A DNA stretch of 64,000 nucleotides from Okamejei kenojei. Lineage: Eukaryota. The DNA is taken from contig CM069133.1 in assembly GCA_035221665.1 (NCBI GenBank), forward strand, positions 91,016,001 to 91,080,000, given 5' to 3'. The position numbers and the translations under genes were made by a program. Positions 1 through 12,802 of this stretch are shown one piece after another (positions within the stretch are counted from its first letter, which is position 1; every line of letters begins with the position of its first letter). The notes below the pieces were generated by a model that made no database searches, was not told the origin of the DNA, and saw only the letters and a program-made list of their open reading frames with translations.

Positions 1-490
1 CTCCCCATTTTGCAATTCCTTCTGCCAAAATGCATGACCACACTTTGCTGCGCTGTATTCCATTTGCTACTTCCTATCCCACACTCCCACCCTGTTGAAG
101 TCCTTCTGCAGACTCTCTACTTCCTCAACACTACCTGATCCTCCAACTATCTTCATATCATCCACAAACTTGGATACAAAGCCATTAATCCATCATTCAG
201 ATCATTAATATACAACGTGAAAAGTAGCAACCCCACTCTCCCCGTGCAACATCATAGTTACTGGCAGCTAACTAGAAAAGGCTCCCTTTATTCCCACTCT
301 TTGCCTTCTGCTATCTGCCAGTCAGCTATCCATGCCAGTATCTTCCCTCTGATATCATGGGTTCCTATCTTCTTTAGCAGCTCACGTGCGACACCTTATC
401 AAAGGCCTTCGAATAATTCAAGCAAACAACATCCACAGACTCTCTTTTTTCTACCTGCTTCTACCCTCAAAGAATTCCAACAAAGATCAG
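1..490 (-). mobile_element. CR1 LINE fragment (degenerate RT region)
   Basis: The minus strand resembles the RT segments of the CR1 copy at 59760-62390 (SKFADD, WQMEY..KC). It runs off the window edge. Confidence 0.65.
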
Positions 491-670
491 AAATGTTATA
501 GACTGTACTGGACTATCAGATTAAATTTAAAAGAAAAAATCATATTTGTTCATATATTGGCATGAGAGATGCAATGCGATCCCTAATAATAAGTGACTAA
601 CAATAATACATCTTGCAATTGTTCACTTGACGGTCTAATTTTGAATGTAGCATAGATAATTGCACCTTCA

Positions 671-1345
671 TTGGTGGATCAGCAGTGCAGAAAGTTAAAA
701 GCTTCAAATTCCTGGCGGTTTACATTTCTGACCAGTCCTAGGTCAGCACATCAACGCAAACATGATGAAAGCACGCCAGCACCTTTACTTTCTTGGAAGT
801 TTAAAGAAATTCACCATGTCACCAAACACTCTCACAAACCGCTACAGATGTACTGTAGAAAGTGTCCTAACTGGTTGCATCAAAGTTTTCTACAACAATA
901 CCATTACCCAACGCACAGGAACGGAAGAGGCTGCAGAGAGTGGTGGAATCAGCCTGGTCCATCACGGGCACAGCCCTTCCACCATCAAAAGCATCTACAT
1001 GAGGTGCTGCCTCAAGAAGGCAGCATCTACTATCAAGGATCCCCATGCCCACTTCACACTGCTACCATTGGGCAGGAAGAAGAGAAGCCTAAGGTCCCAA
1101 ACCATCAAATTCTTAAAAAGACCCGCACAACCGTAATTCTACCTCAGCAATGGAACACTGCGAACCATCTCTTGCATTACCATAGACTCATTTTCCAATT
1201 GTGTGTTTTTACTATCTTGCTTTGCACAGTCTCTTTCTTTTCAATGAATTGAATAATTTATGAATAATATGTTTTGTGTGTTGTCCAATTCTACATGCTT
1301 ATTATGCTACTGAAAGCAAAATTCTCATTTTATCTGTATCCGTAC
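671..1345 (+). mobile_element. Rex1/Babar-type LINE 3' fragment
   Basis: ORF 762-1136 reads KARQHLYFLGSLKKF...YRCTVESVLTGCI, the C-terminal block also seen at 49344-50015. The tail appears to resume at about 1740-1806 (gacaataaac). Confidence 0.7.
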
Positions 1346-1718
1346 ATCTGTTCAAGTCCCTCTATGGTGCCTACACCGAATGCTCAGAAAAGTTCAGAAT
1401 GTCAGCTGGAGGGACCACATCACCAACACCCAGCTCTATGGGGAGATTTCACCTCTGATCAAGAAGATCAGGTCAAGTAGGATGAGGTTCGCTGGTCACT
1501 GCCACCGCCACCCAGAAATGCCAGCAAACAAGGTTGTGCTGTGGGAACCCACCCATGGAAGTCGTGACCCGGGATGGCCAATCAAGATGTTGCTGAAGAC
1601 GCTGATGGAAGACGCATGTGGAGAGACAAAAGAGGAGTTGGCCACCTGCATGGAGGACAGAGATGAGCGGTGCGTCCGTCACCGTGCCCGTCGGAAACCA
1701 GTACCACTGCGTTGTTAA
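1346..1718 (+). mobile_element. RTE-like LINE 3' fragment
   Basis: ORF 1380-1718 reads MLRKVQNVSWRDHITN...RMRFAGHCHRH...VVLWEPTHG, typical of the RTE-clade RT C-terminus. It sits inside the Rex1 tail. Confidence 0.65.
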
Positions 1719-3138
1719 TGTTTTCAACGATTTAATAATAAAAAAATAATGCATCTCACTGTGCATGTGCATATGACAATAAACGTGACTTGAATTCAAC
1801 TCAACTTCTATCCATAGCAAGGTTTGCGGATTAGCAAAAACCGATAATGATTAGTGAATTACTAATTTGCTTTGCTAAACTCAGTTTCTATGTGATGTCA
1901 TGACATAGCCGCAATTGCACCAGGGACAGTGCATGCACGAGCTACAATGAGAGCTTATATTATGATTCCTCAGAGTGAGCTCTTCACCTCAGCTGCATGG
2001 TCAAGGGAAGACATGTGGCACGCTTTTCTCTAGAAGAACACAAATATCTCCTTTCAATACTGCAAATATAGCATTCATAAACACCAAGGAAGACAAAATA
2101 TAATGTTAAGCAATTATTCCCATGCCCCAAATTAAACACTATAGTGAAAATAGCCAAACATAGTATCTATCTGCTCCACTATTTATCCATCCTCATATTC
2201 CACATTTAACACCAGTACAAATATGATAGGAAAGTACTTCACATATTGTTGCATGCAAAAATATTAATATCACAGAATGTGTGATTTCCAGAAGGCAAAA
2301 AGCACTATAGTGTTTTGATGCTGTAATAATGTAATAAATATGGGAAAAAACGTAATAAGCCACCAAAACAGCGTTCTATGTTAACCTGAAATTTGCATAT
2401 CTACAAATGTGCCAGGGTTGTAACGGGCCATCATTACAAAATGTTCCAGTTTACGTCCTGAGATGCAAATTGTACACAGATCTAAATGACTATTTTCATT
2501 TAATGATGGAGATTAGATGCTAGCGCACAGTACTAATGACATCTTAGAAGATCATATTGGAATGAGAGAAAAAAAAATCTGCCTTTTGAGGTACATATAC
2601 CACACAATCAACAAACTAGTTATCACTCCACCAACGGTAAAGTTAGTGTATAAATCATTTAATAATTAGAAATGATCAAAAATACTCTAATTCCTTTGCA
2701 TTTGTTTTGCGGTGTGCAGGAGTACCATAGGAAGCAGGCCAATAACATTTTGGCACATACTATTTATCACAAAGAACTGCATATATCACAAGAATCCCAT
2801 ACATTTAAGCCAAAGAGAGTTCATTCTTCACATGGTGTTACTGGATTGTGCCGCGGCTTGCTCTGTATCTTTGGAAAATAGAATTAGGAAAGGCGTAGAA
2901 GCTTGATTCTGCGTTATGGCAAGACTTGAGTTTATTTCTATGATTCTAGTTAGTAATCACAATCTTATTTGTTGGATGAAAGCTGCAAGCAGAGAACAAT
3001 GTATTGTCATATTGATAGAAAGCTGACCACAGTCAAAAGCTGGAGAAAGGAAAGATTAGAATAGGATAGAAATACCCACTAACAATGGTATGCTTAAAAC
3101 AAAACAAAAATAATGCAGTAATAAATTAAAATAGTGAA

Positions 3139-3750
3139 AGATTCAAGTGTTTTATTTTTCATATGTACCGGATATGAACCAGAACAATGAAAGTCTTGTT
3201 GATGCAACAAGAAAACAAATAAACAACAAAGCATTAGTAATTCTGACCATGATAGTGCAAAAAGAAAAGCACATAGAGCAACCACTGTAGTGCAAAGTCT
3301 GTAGTGATTTGGTGCTGAGGTAGGGTTGTGGTTAGGGTTGGGCAGTGCGGTTCAAGAACCTGATGTTTAATGGCAAGAAGCTGTTCTAGAAGCTGGAGCT
3401 AAAGATTCTCAGGCTCCTGTACCCTCATCCTGACGGCAGCAGTGAAAAGAGAGGAGGGTGGTGTGGGTATTTAATGATATTAGCTGCCTGCTCGAGGCAG
3501 TGCTTCATGTAGAGGTGAGGAGGTTAGTGTTGTGATGGATTAGACAATGTCCATCACTTTATGCAGCCTCCTTCATCCTTCAAATTAGTGAACCAAGCTC
3601 TGATGCAACCGGTCAGTATGTTCTTCCCCTGTAGAAGTTCAATAGAATATTTGGCTAGGTGCCATATCTCCTCAACTTCTGATGAAAGAGTCCTTGATGA
3701 GCTGTTTTAGTGATTGCATCAATGTGCTGGGCACAATGGAGATGAACTCT
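3139..3750 (-). mobile_element. Degenerate Rex1/Babar-type LINE 3' fragment
   Basis: Shares aagaagctgttct...ctcctgtac...gtagaagttc blocks with the Rex1 copy at 49105-50310. Confidence 0.6.
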
Positions 3751-5018
3751 GATATATATTTGCAGACTGTGGTGACTATTATATGCCTAGTACATCTGAT
3801 GGTTCCAAAAAATATATTTTTTACATCTAGTGAGGCATTATTTAATACACCTTTTTGACAGGAAACACCTGGTGTACAATGAGAAGTTTGATATTCATCC
3901 TCTTAAAATAGGTTTTAAGCTTTATTTTGAACTGTTAGAGATGTTTAAAGCAGAAAAAACTAGACCTATTGAATACCTGTGAATTGTATATTCGGAAATT
4001 TTAGCAGGAAAAATTGATCATGTTTTGCAGACAGATAATATCACAGTCTTCAAATGCAGTACGATGGATAGAACAGATCTTATTCCATCCGTTTTAACTT
4101 TTATTGAAACTAATCACCATCTACCATTACCACAGTCACATTATGTTTAACTATCCATAAAAATCAAAACTGCAGACATCGATGGGGCAAATTAGTCCTG
4201 TGTAGTAACACCTATCGGCCCTTATTCAGATCTGATTTCATAAATATATTGCAGAAAGATTCTTAAAGAATTAAACTAATTACAATTACAGTTAATCTGT
4301 TGTATTGAGTTTAGATTTCTGGAATTGTATTGAAATATGCAGAGCCGACCCCATTTTTAGACCCACCCCAAATATGTAAAGTAACTGGTTAAAACTGCAG
4401 CAACTCTTATGGACTAGCAATTTGATGCAACATTTTAAATTTTAGTTATGTTCTATTACAAAATGATCTTCATTTTTCATTTAAGAAAAGGTACAAACCA
4501 ATGCACCAGAATCAAAACAATTTAAAGCGTGATGGACCTTTTGAAATGACATAGCAGGTGAGCTGCCAGCTCAGTATTGCATAGGTAGAACATCAGCTCG
4601 TCTATTTCAGCCAACAGAATCTTTACCTGCATCTATCATTTAATTCATCAATGAACGAAGAGGACATGGTTCAAAAAGCCCCGTCGTATAATATAATGTG
4701 TATATGAGAAGCTTGTTGTAATGCCCACTGTTCATTGATTGCAGAACTCAATGATCAGTCTTTCTCTCTCCCATATCCAAATAATTATTAGTCACCAGTA
4801 TTTGAAGATACTTCCTCATGTTTGGTAAAAGGAACTTCAATCTTAAACATTAAATACTGTTTTTCATTCTGCAGATGATGGGAGTCTCGGGCATGTTTTT
4901 ATTTCAGATTTCCAACATGTACAGTTTTGCTCCCTGGCACAAATGATCCTTCGGATAATGGGAGCCATTCCTTAATACTTTTGTCCAAAATAAATTTCTG
5001 AAATAAGACCACAAATAC

Positions 5019-5963
5019 CTTGTCATCGCCATCTGTTGCAGTTGCCTCCACCACTTTGTTCCTGTTTATTTTCTTTTTCACCCATTTTTCGATCTGAATG
5101 TTGAACTTCATGAAGATCACGTAGAATCCATAGCCTGACAACAAAATCACACTTTCCCACCAAAAGATGACATTATCCAGGAAGAAAGCTATAAGCAAAA
5201 TCAGGTCAAGAATATAAAAGGACACATCTCTGAACAGTGGCCACCATGTAAGGTGCAGAATTTCTTTGGAGAACACAGCGCACATCCCGATTACAAACAG
5301 GATATTGAACACTGCAGAACCCACTATGGTCCCAATCCCAACGTTACTGCGAGATATAAAAACTCCTATTAAAGAAGTAAAGAGCTCTGGGGCTGAACCG
5401 CCAGCTGCCATAAAGGTGGCCCCCGCCACATCATCCGATATTTGCAGTTTATCAATGATAACTGTCAATGACGGTACAAAAAACTCATCGCACACAATGG
5501 CTAAGGCTATGAACATGTAAATCATGCCTAAGACGTGGAGTATGACAGCTCCTTTCCTTCGTTCCGCCAGTGAAAAAATATCAGGAGGATAATCTCCAAC
5601 ATTGCTGTGATTATTGTCAGACACGGTGGCTGCCGGCCCTTCGTACCTCAGAGCAAGTTCAGATCTGGGCGTATAATTTTGACTCTTGGAAAATTTCTGC
5701 TTTTCTTCGAAACCCAGTAGAGTTCTGCGTTGGCCTTGTGGTTTTGCTGAGTTGGTTGGTGTCCAGGTGAAGGCACTGAGTAAGATGGAGAACGTGCTGA
5801 GAGCCATTAAACCGATGCAAAAGCCCACCACTCGCGACGGTCTCAGCTTCCTCTTGGCCTGGTACCTGTGCTTTCGGAGAAAGCGCGGATCCGGAGAAAG
5901 TTGCTGCCCTCCGCAGCACAGACCCGACTCCGCAGCTCCAGCACTTGAGCTCTTCGAATTCAT
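5019..5963 (-). CDS. SLC24A2: Sodium/potassium/calcium exchanger 2 (NCKX2), first coding exon (315 codons, phase-0 donor)
   Basis: Translation contains GDYPPDIFSLAERRKGAVILHVLGMIYMFIALAIVCDEFFVPSL, the alpha-1 repeat VAGATFMAAGGSAPELFTS and the NCKX2-type ending WVKKKINRNKVV. Donor AAG|GTATTT at 5019/5018, where the human exon also ends as I recall it. Later exons lie left of the window. Confidence 0.95.
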
Positions 5964-6143
5964 GGCTAGTCGCTTCTTGACTTAACAGGAAATGTCTATG
6001 TTCTTAGTTTGTTTAAGTTGAGCGATTGTAGAAGAATTCTTCATGCACTACCCATATTCATGGCTTTGAGAAAAAAGTCCTGTGAAAGCCAACTCATACT
6101 TTAAAATGAAGCTTTTATTTTGCTGGTGGCGAGTTTCAACGTC
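5964..6143 (-). other. SLC24A2: 5' UTR part of the SLC24A2 first coding exon
   Basis: Acceptor ctctctgtgttttgcAG|gac with AG at 6145-6144; gccATG context at the start codon. Confidence 0.7.
5982..6097 (-). other. Two upstream ORFs in the SLC24A2 5' UTR
   Basis: uORF1 6097-6041 encodes MSWLSQDFFLKAMNMGSA*. uORF2 6044-5982 encodes MKNSSTIAQLKQTKNIDISC*. They overlap through ATGA. Confidence 0.5.
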
Positions 6144-6609
6144 CTGCAAAACACAGAGAGCCACTTAAACATCGGTACATCTGAGATTTAGTGGGGGTGG
6201 GGGGATTATAACATTAGTTATTTTTAAAGAAAACGATACACAATTGAATTAAACCCAGTGGTTGATGTACTTCAACATTCAGCAAGACTTGTCCTTGCGC
6301 TACATTACCAGGAGCTGTGAGGACTGCAGTCTTTCTCCCTTCACGTTCTGGATGAGTCTGCCTCTCGTGTGCTAACAGAAAGGGAGGGGAGAGAGGAAAA
6401 TAATAATCAGCCCGGGCTCCAGCTTTTAATCGCAGTCCAGTGACCCCTGCTGGCAAATGCAGCAAGGGGATCAGGGTTCGCTGCAATGGCCTTCGTGTAT
6501 TTCAAGCTATCATGACCCTTCTCTCTCGATGGCACAGCAGGTTGCATGCACTCAGTTTATCACGGGGACCTTTCCACGCTTCTCAAGCCACAGACACGGT
6601 TGCACCTAC

Positions 6610-6770
6610 CCGTAAAGGGATTTGGAAAGATTGTCATCGCTAAACGGGAACCGTTGGGTGGGTGTTGGTCGGGTCGGTTTCTCTGCAGGTGTAGATGGCA
6701 CTGTCCTTGAACTTCCTTAAGGTTGGAGGTGAGGAGGGGCGGGGGGTGCAAAAAGGGATTGGGGCGGGTA
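6610..6770 (-). promoter_or_regulatory. Candidate proximal promoter and short non-coding first exon of SLC24A2
   Basis: GC boxes at 6734-6746 and 6761-6768, CCAAT box (ATTGG at 6758-6762), and a minus-strand donor CGG|GTAGGT at 6610/6609, all in CpG-rich DNA. Confidence 0.45.
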
Positions 6771-7838
6771 TTTTCACCTGGGTTAGCTGGGACTGCCCAG
6801 TCTCCGTTCTTCTTCGGGGCACGTACACAAATGCAACGGGCTGTCTGTGTCGGCCGGCTCTGTTCTGCTTCCCAGAACGTCGAATTGGAACTGCCTGCCG
6901 CCTGTCAATTCCTACTCTACTCTAACCTACCCTGTCCTGTCCTGTCCTATCCTATCCCACTCAACGCAACCCCAACAACAAGTTCACGGTGTCTTTGGAG
7001 AAGAAGCGATTTAAACAGTCGCAGTCCGCAATTTTAATTTACGTTCTACCGAAGTACTGAAGCCCTCAATAGATAGCGAGTAATTTCCTGACCAGTGTCA
7101 ATGAGCATAGATGTAGATGGGAGAATATAACCGCCGACATATACAATTAATTAGCTCTTTTAGCTTGCGCTCAATAAAGATTTGGTCCGACCCGGCAATG
7201 GCAATCTGATTATAGTCTTATATTACGACTGATTAAAGGGATTCTCGCCCTTTTGTCTGACGAAAGATCAGAAGCGCAGGAGAGGTATAAATCAAACAGT
7301 GGATTTCAGATATATTGCTTCGACTCACTGCGGGACGATTATTCAAGACACAGTTTGATGTCAAATGACAGTCCGCAGCCTAAGTCCCTTGATAGAATGG
7401 AACGGTTTTTAAATTATCATATTAAAAAAAAACGTATCAGATAAGTAGGCAGCAGCCGCAGCAAAAATAGTGTACGTTTCATTTACCATTTCACAGTAAC
7501 GCTTGCAAGCTTTTGCTAAATGCGCGAGACACGACACATATGAAAATATATTCTGCAGTGCACTCCGTGCCTACTCTAAGGATCTGGTCAGCATTGGCAA
7601 TCGCCACATCTAAACGCGATGTTAAACGTACAAGTGTTGTTTTTAATGTTCTCCAGTCTGCACCCGTGCACGGATAAACCACTGGTGAAAACAATCTAGT
7701 AAATCTCGATTTGATTCGGAAATTTCATTTTAAAGCTCAATGCACCAAACATTGTGTTTTTATATGCACTTGTAAATCGGTACGATTTCAGAGTTTCTAT
7801 GAGGGGAGGCAAAAAACAAACAAAAAAACAAGGCTTAC

Positions 7839-7991
7839 CGGCGTTCAGCGGCAGCAGTTTGAGTGGGAAGGCTGAGTCCCTTCCCTGTCCTCTTCACATT
7901 GAGCCGCTGCTGCGGTGCGGCCATCAGGAGGAGCTCCGGGACACTGGCGGTAGGCAGCGTCCACACACCCCCACACCCACACACACACCCC

Positions 7992-8024
<33 letters not shown>

Positions 8025-8100
8025 CAAGTCAGCAGCAGATATCATCCTCTGGAGACCACACACAGGGAGCGGGAGCAAGACATAATCTTAGTTTAAGACG
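7839..8100 (-). promoter_or_regulatory. Candidate distal non-coding first exon and promoter of SLC24A2
   Basis: Strong donor CCG|GTAAGC at 7839/7838 and GC/CpG-rich exon-like sequence. E-box cacgtg near 8110. The 5' boundary is a guess. Confidence 0.4.
7962..8021. repeat. (CA)n microsatellite, imperfect at the left
   Basis: Seen directly. Confidence 0.95.
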
Positions 8101-9789
8101 CTGATGTGTCACGTGAGCAACATTTTAAACTTGTCTGCGTTTATATATTAAAATATATCATTTCTTTTCCGCCGTTTGGCTTTACATCTTCGGTCAATCT
8201 AAACATAAAGCATCGGGGGGCAGGTATTTTACACGGAGACCGTAGCCATGGTTACCAACGCGGCATATTTGAATGCACAACGCAAAATAGATGAATGGGG
8301 TTTTTTTTTTAAGCGCTATTTTCCAAAGGGAAATGGGGTATTATTCCGTGAAGCTGAAAAAAGCTTAGGAGTGAGTTTCACCTGCGCAAATTCACCTGCG
8401 GTCGAGGATGTGGCCGCAGAGGATTCGCGATGGAAGGTTTCACCGGGAGATGTTTGGCGTATATTGCGTCAAATCCTCTGGAAAACGCTTCTCGATGGAT
8501 TGCACAGAATCAATAGATCTTTCGGTGGATGTTGACATAATTCTGCAAATTACAAATCAGCTGTTTAATTTTAAAAATGCTGTTTACTTAATGTGCGATG
8601 CAGTTGGTTGGAAGCGACTTGGGGTTCATAAAAGTTTTATATCTGCTGTAATCGCATGCCATCGTTTATGCCACGATTTGCGCATTCCTGCGATGTTTAC
8701 CGACCACCCAGCAGTATTGCAGGCTAAACTTAACGTGATCAAACTCGTTCTGTTCGCTGACTACACTGCATCAACTGTGGCCAGCGATCTATTATTCTGC
8801 AGCGACAGATCTGCTGCTGATTAGATAACTTGTCCAAGTCAGCTTATTTTATTCATTGATCATTGTTTTTCTCTGATTGCGGGGTGAGGTGGTCATGGGA
8901 TGCAAAATGTTAGGTCCAATGTTTCACACGCATTTCTACAGCTCGTTTAATCCGCGTTTTTTTCTTGTATTTTTGTTGCTGAAAGCATTTTGTCAACTGG
9001 TATTAGGCGTATGAAAAGAGACTGATCAGTGCCAGTAAATTGTACATCCATAAGAAATCATGCTGGCGCGTTTCAAATAAATTGTACTTGACAATGTATC
9101 AATTAGATTGGTTACGAACTGTTCAGAATGACTTGTCCAAGTCATTTTATTTTACAGACCACCAATGCTGCTTTATACTCATGAAAAATACCATAAAATT
9201 CGGTGTACTTTTTAAAAAGTATTTCTAAACCATGTACATTAATGTATTTACATTTATCAATGGGAAAAAAATACCTTTGAATGCTGAATTCTAACAAGCT
9301 GTTAAATCTGCAATATTTAAATTAAGGGAAACAATTTTCACATGATATTAGACTTTATCTAAATAGGTTGCAGAATATACCATTTGCTTGTTAAGTATGC
9401 TATTTAAAATGCAATGTTTAATATGGAAACTTTCTGCAGATTGACTTTTAGTTGATGAATAGATCTCCTCCCCTCCTGTCAGCGGGTTTTAACTCTTTCC
9501 TGATCTCAGTAGGATATTCAGGATGGTATTGCACCCTGTTTTCATCCACATCTGCATTTTAATAGTAAGATTAAATGAGAACTTACCAGTTCGAAGTTTG
9601 ATCGTTATTTTATGAGGAGTAACGATGAGGGATTACGTGAAGAAGCCCCGCCTGGCGCTAGAACGGCATACTTCAAAGCAGCGGCATGAAAAACACAGAA
9701 CACAATAGCCGGAGTAAGATAGTAAGGCTCATCATAGATTTAGAACTACCAGATGATTATTTATTTTATGAGGGTGGGGAGTGGAGGGA

Positions 9790-9901
9790 ACGTAATCCCT
9801 CATCGTTACTCCTCATAAAATAACGATCAAACTTCAAACTGGTAAGTTCTCGTTTAATCTTACTATTTTACTTCGGAGTCACGTGAGTGACTACGTGAAG
9901 A
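9790..9901. repeat. DIRS internal complementary region (ICR), copy A
   Basis: Its two halves are complementary to the two element termini (9561-9640 and about 13458-13494), joined as atcttac-tatt-ttacttcggag. Confidence 0.9.
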
Positions 9902-10145
9902 TTTTGAAGCTTCTGTGTTTTTCATGTCGTAGAGTCATTCCATACGACAGTCCGGCTAGGTCAACACATACATGAGTAAATAACCTTTTACCAGATCAGT
10001 TTTAGTTCTTTTTCATAAATCTTTTAATGATAAAAGAACATATAATAACCCCCTTTTTTACATCTGGGGAAACCATTACAGTGATAAAAGATATAAGTGA
10101 TAACATAATCGATAATATCAATCGATAGTGAAACAAAGCAGGTGA

Positions 10146-11112
10146 TTATAGTGAACCCAACACCGCGTGTCCAAAGCCTGTCATTGTGTGAACAGGTTTA
10201 TTGTAGAACTTTGAAAAAGTTTCTTCTTTACACCACCCTGCGGTTTCTAAAATGTGTTCGAGTGGTACGTCCTGTAACTTCGCCGCGGACGTAGCTGCTG
10301 CCCTGGTGGAGTGAGATTTGAACACATCAGTGTCTACTCCTGCTAAAAGTAACACCTGTTTTAACCACCTTGAAATTGTTTGTACCGAAGCTTTTGTGTG
10401 TGGTTTCTTATGCGTAATCATTAATGCTTTTTCATCACCTCGAAGAGTTTTGGTAACTTTTATATATTGAGTCAAATGTTTAACTACACACAACGTTGGA
10501 TCAATAGGGTAAGCTTGAAACATTACCTTTGCTCCAGTTCTCCCTGGTCTGCTTTGTTTGATCAGATCGTAAACATAAAACACAATGTTATCTGCAGCCA
10601 CATGCATACAGTCTAAACGTAGCATTTGTAATGTTTGCACCCTTTGTGCTGAAACCAATGCCATTAACATTACTAATTTAAATGTTAACTTTTCCAATGA
10701 TAAAACTTGGATTGGAGTCCATTGCCTAAGTAAAGTAAGTACAATGCTGACATCCCAAATTTCTGTATATCTTGGGTGGATTTTTGTTAAAGATTCCTTT
10801 CATAAATCTGGATATTAATGGATGTGATCCAATTGATTTTTGGTCAGAAATTTGTCCTAAATAGGATGATAAAGCACTACGTGCACTATTAATGGCACTA
10901 TAACTTAAGTGCTGTTCAAAATGCAACTCGGCAAGGAACTCCAATGTGTTTGAAATGTTCACAGTATGATAAGATATATTTGATTGTCTACAAAAAATTT
11001 CCCATTTCTTTATATGTGTCATATATTGTCTCTGAGTGCTATCTCGCCATGATGCGACTATAACATCCATAGTTCTATCCGACAATCCAAGCTCTTGTAG
11101 TGGTCTGGTCAA
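10146..11112 (-). pseudogene. DIRS tyrosine recombinase (one frameshift near 10775)
   Basis: ORFs 10726-11112 and 10146-10697 carry SAQRVQTL, HSTRAAATS and AGW...TFSKFY, matching the R...HxxR...Y catalytic set. Confidence 0.9.
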
Positions 11113-12800
11113 AACCTGCAGATTAACAAATTCATATAAGCATGTAATGGATGAATTTCTTTGGTTACCGGTTTTATTAACAAATCACTGCTGCTAGGAA
11201 TTGACATATATGGCTCTTTAATCATGTTTAACATCAATGGGAACCATGGTTGTGTCGGCCAATTTGGAATCACCAATAATCCTGTGGCAGAATCTTGTTC
11301 TATTTTCTTCAGACATTGCTGAACCAGAGCAAATGGCGGGAAAGCATAAAAGAACATATTCCCCCAATGTAGTGAAAAAGCATCTACTGCTACTGCATCT
11401 GGATCTGGTTCCCAAGACACATACTTAGGCAATTGATGATTTAATCTTGATGCAAACAGATCAATGTCTGGTAACCCATATTGAATCACAATTTTACTGA
11501 AAATTACTGGGTTCAACATCCATTCTGTGTTGTCTTTAAACACCCTTGATCTATTGTCTGCCACCACATTGTCTTTACCTGGGATATAATTTGCCGAAAT
11601 CCAAATTTGGTGCTTAATACACCACTGCCATATCTGATTGACCAGACAATCACATGATACCGATCTGACTCCACCCATGTGATTAATATATGCAACAGCT
11701 GTTTTATTGTCTAATTGTATCTGTACATGCAGATTCTTTTTTGTAGAACAATAGGCTTTTAATCCATAAAACGCCCCCAATAACTCTAAATAGTTAATAC
11801 CATATGTTTGGAGAAACATTTCTTCTTGGACAGTCAATCTGCCCCCACAACTGGTAAATATATCTGTCGCCCCCCCATCCGAGAGCACTAGCATCTGTTT
11901 GTAAAAATACTTCAGGCTGTTGTATTAAAATGTTTTTAGCAGCTTGTGGGACATTTTCAATCTACCATTGCAATTCCAATAAAGCTTCTTTTGTTAATTG
12001 CATAGGCCTATTAAAATGGCCTGCTCGCTTTTTTAGAGCTCTTATTTTGTCCCTTTGAAGGTTTTGGGAATGTAATGGACCAAATTCTACTGCAGGAAAT
12101 GCTGCTACTAGTTTACCAATAACCTTTGCTACTTCCCGGATGGAGGGATAGGGGTTGTGAATAAGACCCCTACAGACCATTAAAATATCATCAATCTTAT
12201 CTGTTGGCAAAGTTACTAACATAGTAACTGAGTTAATCACAAACCCCAAATAGTTAATTGACTGTGCTGGCTGCAGCTGGGACTTAATTGGATGAATCAA
12301 GAAACCTAACTTCTCAAATAAAGTTTTAGTTGCTGAAACTGATTTTCCAGCTGATTCCTGATTACTACTGATAATTAAAATGTCATCCAGATAAGCCATA
12401 ATGATGTGCTTTTGTGCTCTTAATTGTGCTAAAGCTGGTTTCAACAGCTTTGTGAAGAGCCTGGGAGCTGAACTTAACCCATTTGGTAAAGCTTTAAATT
12501 GCCACAGCTGTCCCAGCCAATTAAATTTTAAATACCTTCGAAAAAATTGATGTATTGGTACTGAATAGTACGCATCCTTTAAATAAATTGTAGCCATATA
12601 ACAACCTGCTGATATCAAATGTCTTGTAGTGTTGAACGTTTCCATCTTAAAATGTTTATACTCGACAAATGTATTAAAGTTAGTAAGGTCCAGAATAATT
12701 CTGCAACCACCATCTTTTTTACTTCTTGGAAAGATATTTGACACAAATTGATGATTATGTTCAACAGTTTTTTCAATAACACCTTTTTTAATTTGTTTAA
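11109..12800 (-). pseudogene. DIRS RT-RNase H-methyltransferase ORF (stop at 11962-11964 plus frameshift)
   Basis: RT motifs LKDAYY, LPNGLSSAPRLFTK and YLDD. RNase H motifs INYLELL and QLDNKTAVAYIN. Dam-like MT motifs DLFASRLN, YAFPPF and IPNWPTQPWF. Confidence 0.9.
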
Positions 12801-12802
12801 GA

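Noticed and set aside
762-1136. Host gene exon
   Set aside because: The peptide is the C-terminus of a Rex1/Babar RT that recurs several times in the window.
4899-5018. Last 39 aa of the 354-aa ORF (VFVVLFQK...GNLK)
   Set aside because: Read-through into the intron past the GT donor at 5018. It does not resemble NCKX2.
9561-9901. Long hairpin as an miRNA or ncRNA gene (also 59403-59741)
   Set aside because: Fully explained by complementarity between the DIRS terminus and the ICR.
10146-11894. Phage or bacterial integrase plus Dam methylase (contamination or gene transfer)
   Set aside because: Both domains lie inside a DIRS retrotransposon with RT, ITRs and ICR, which is the normal architecture of that group.
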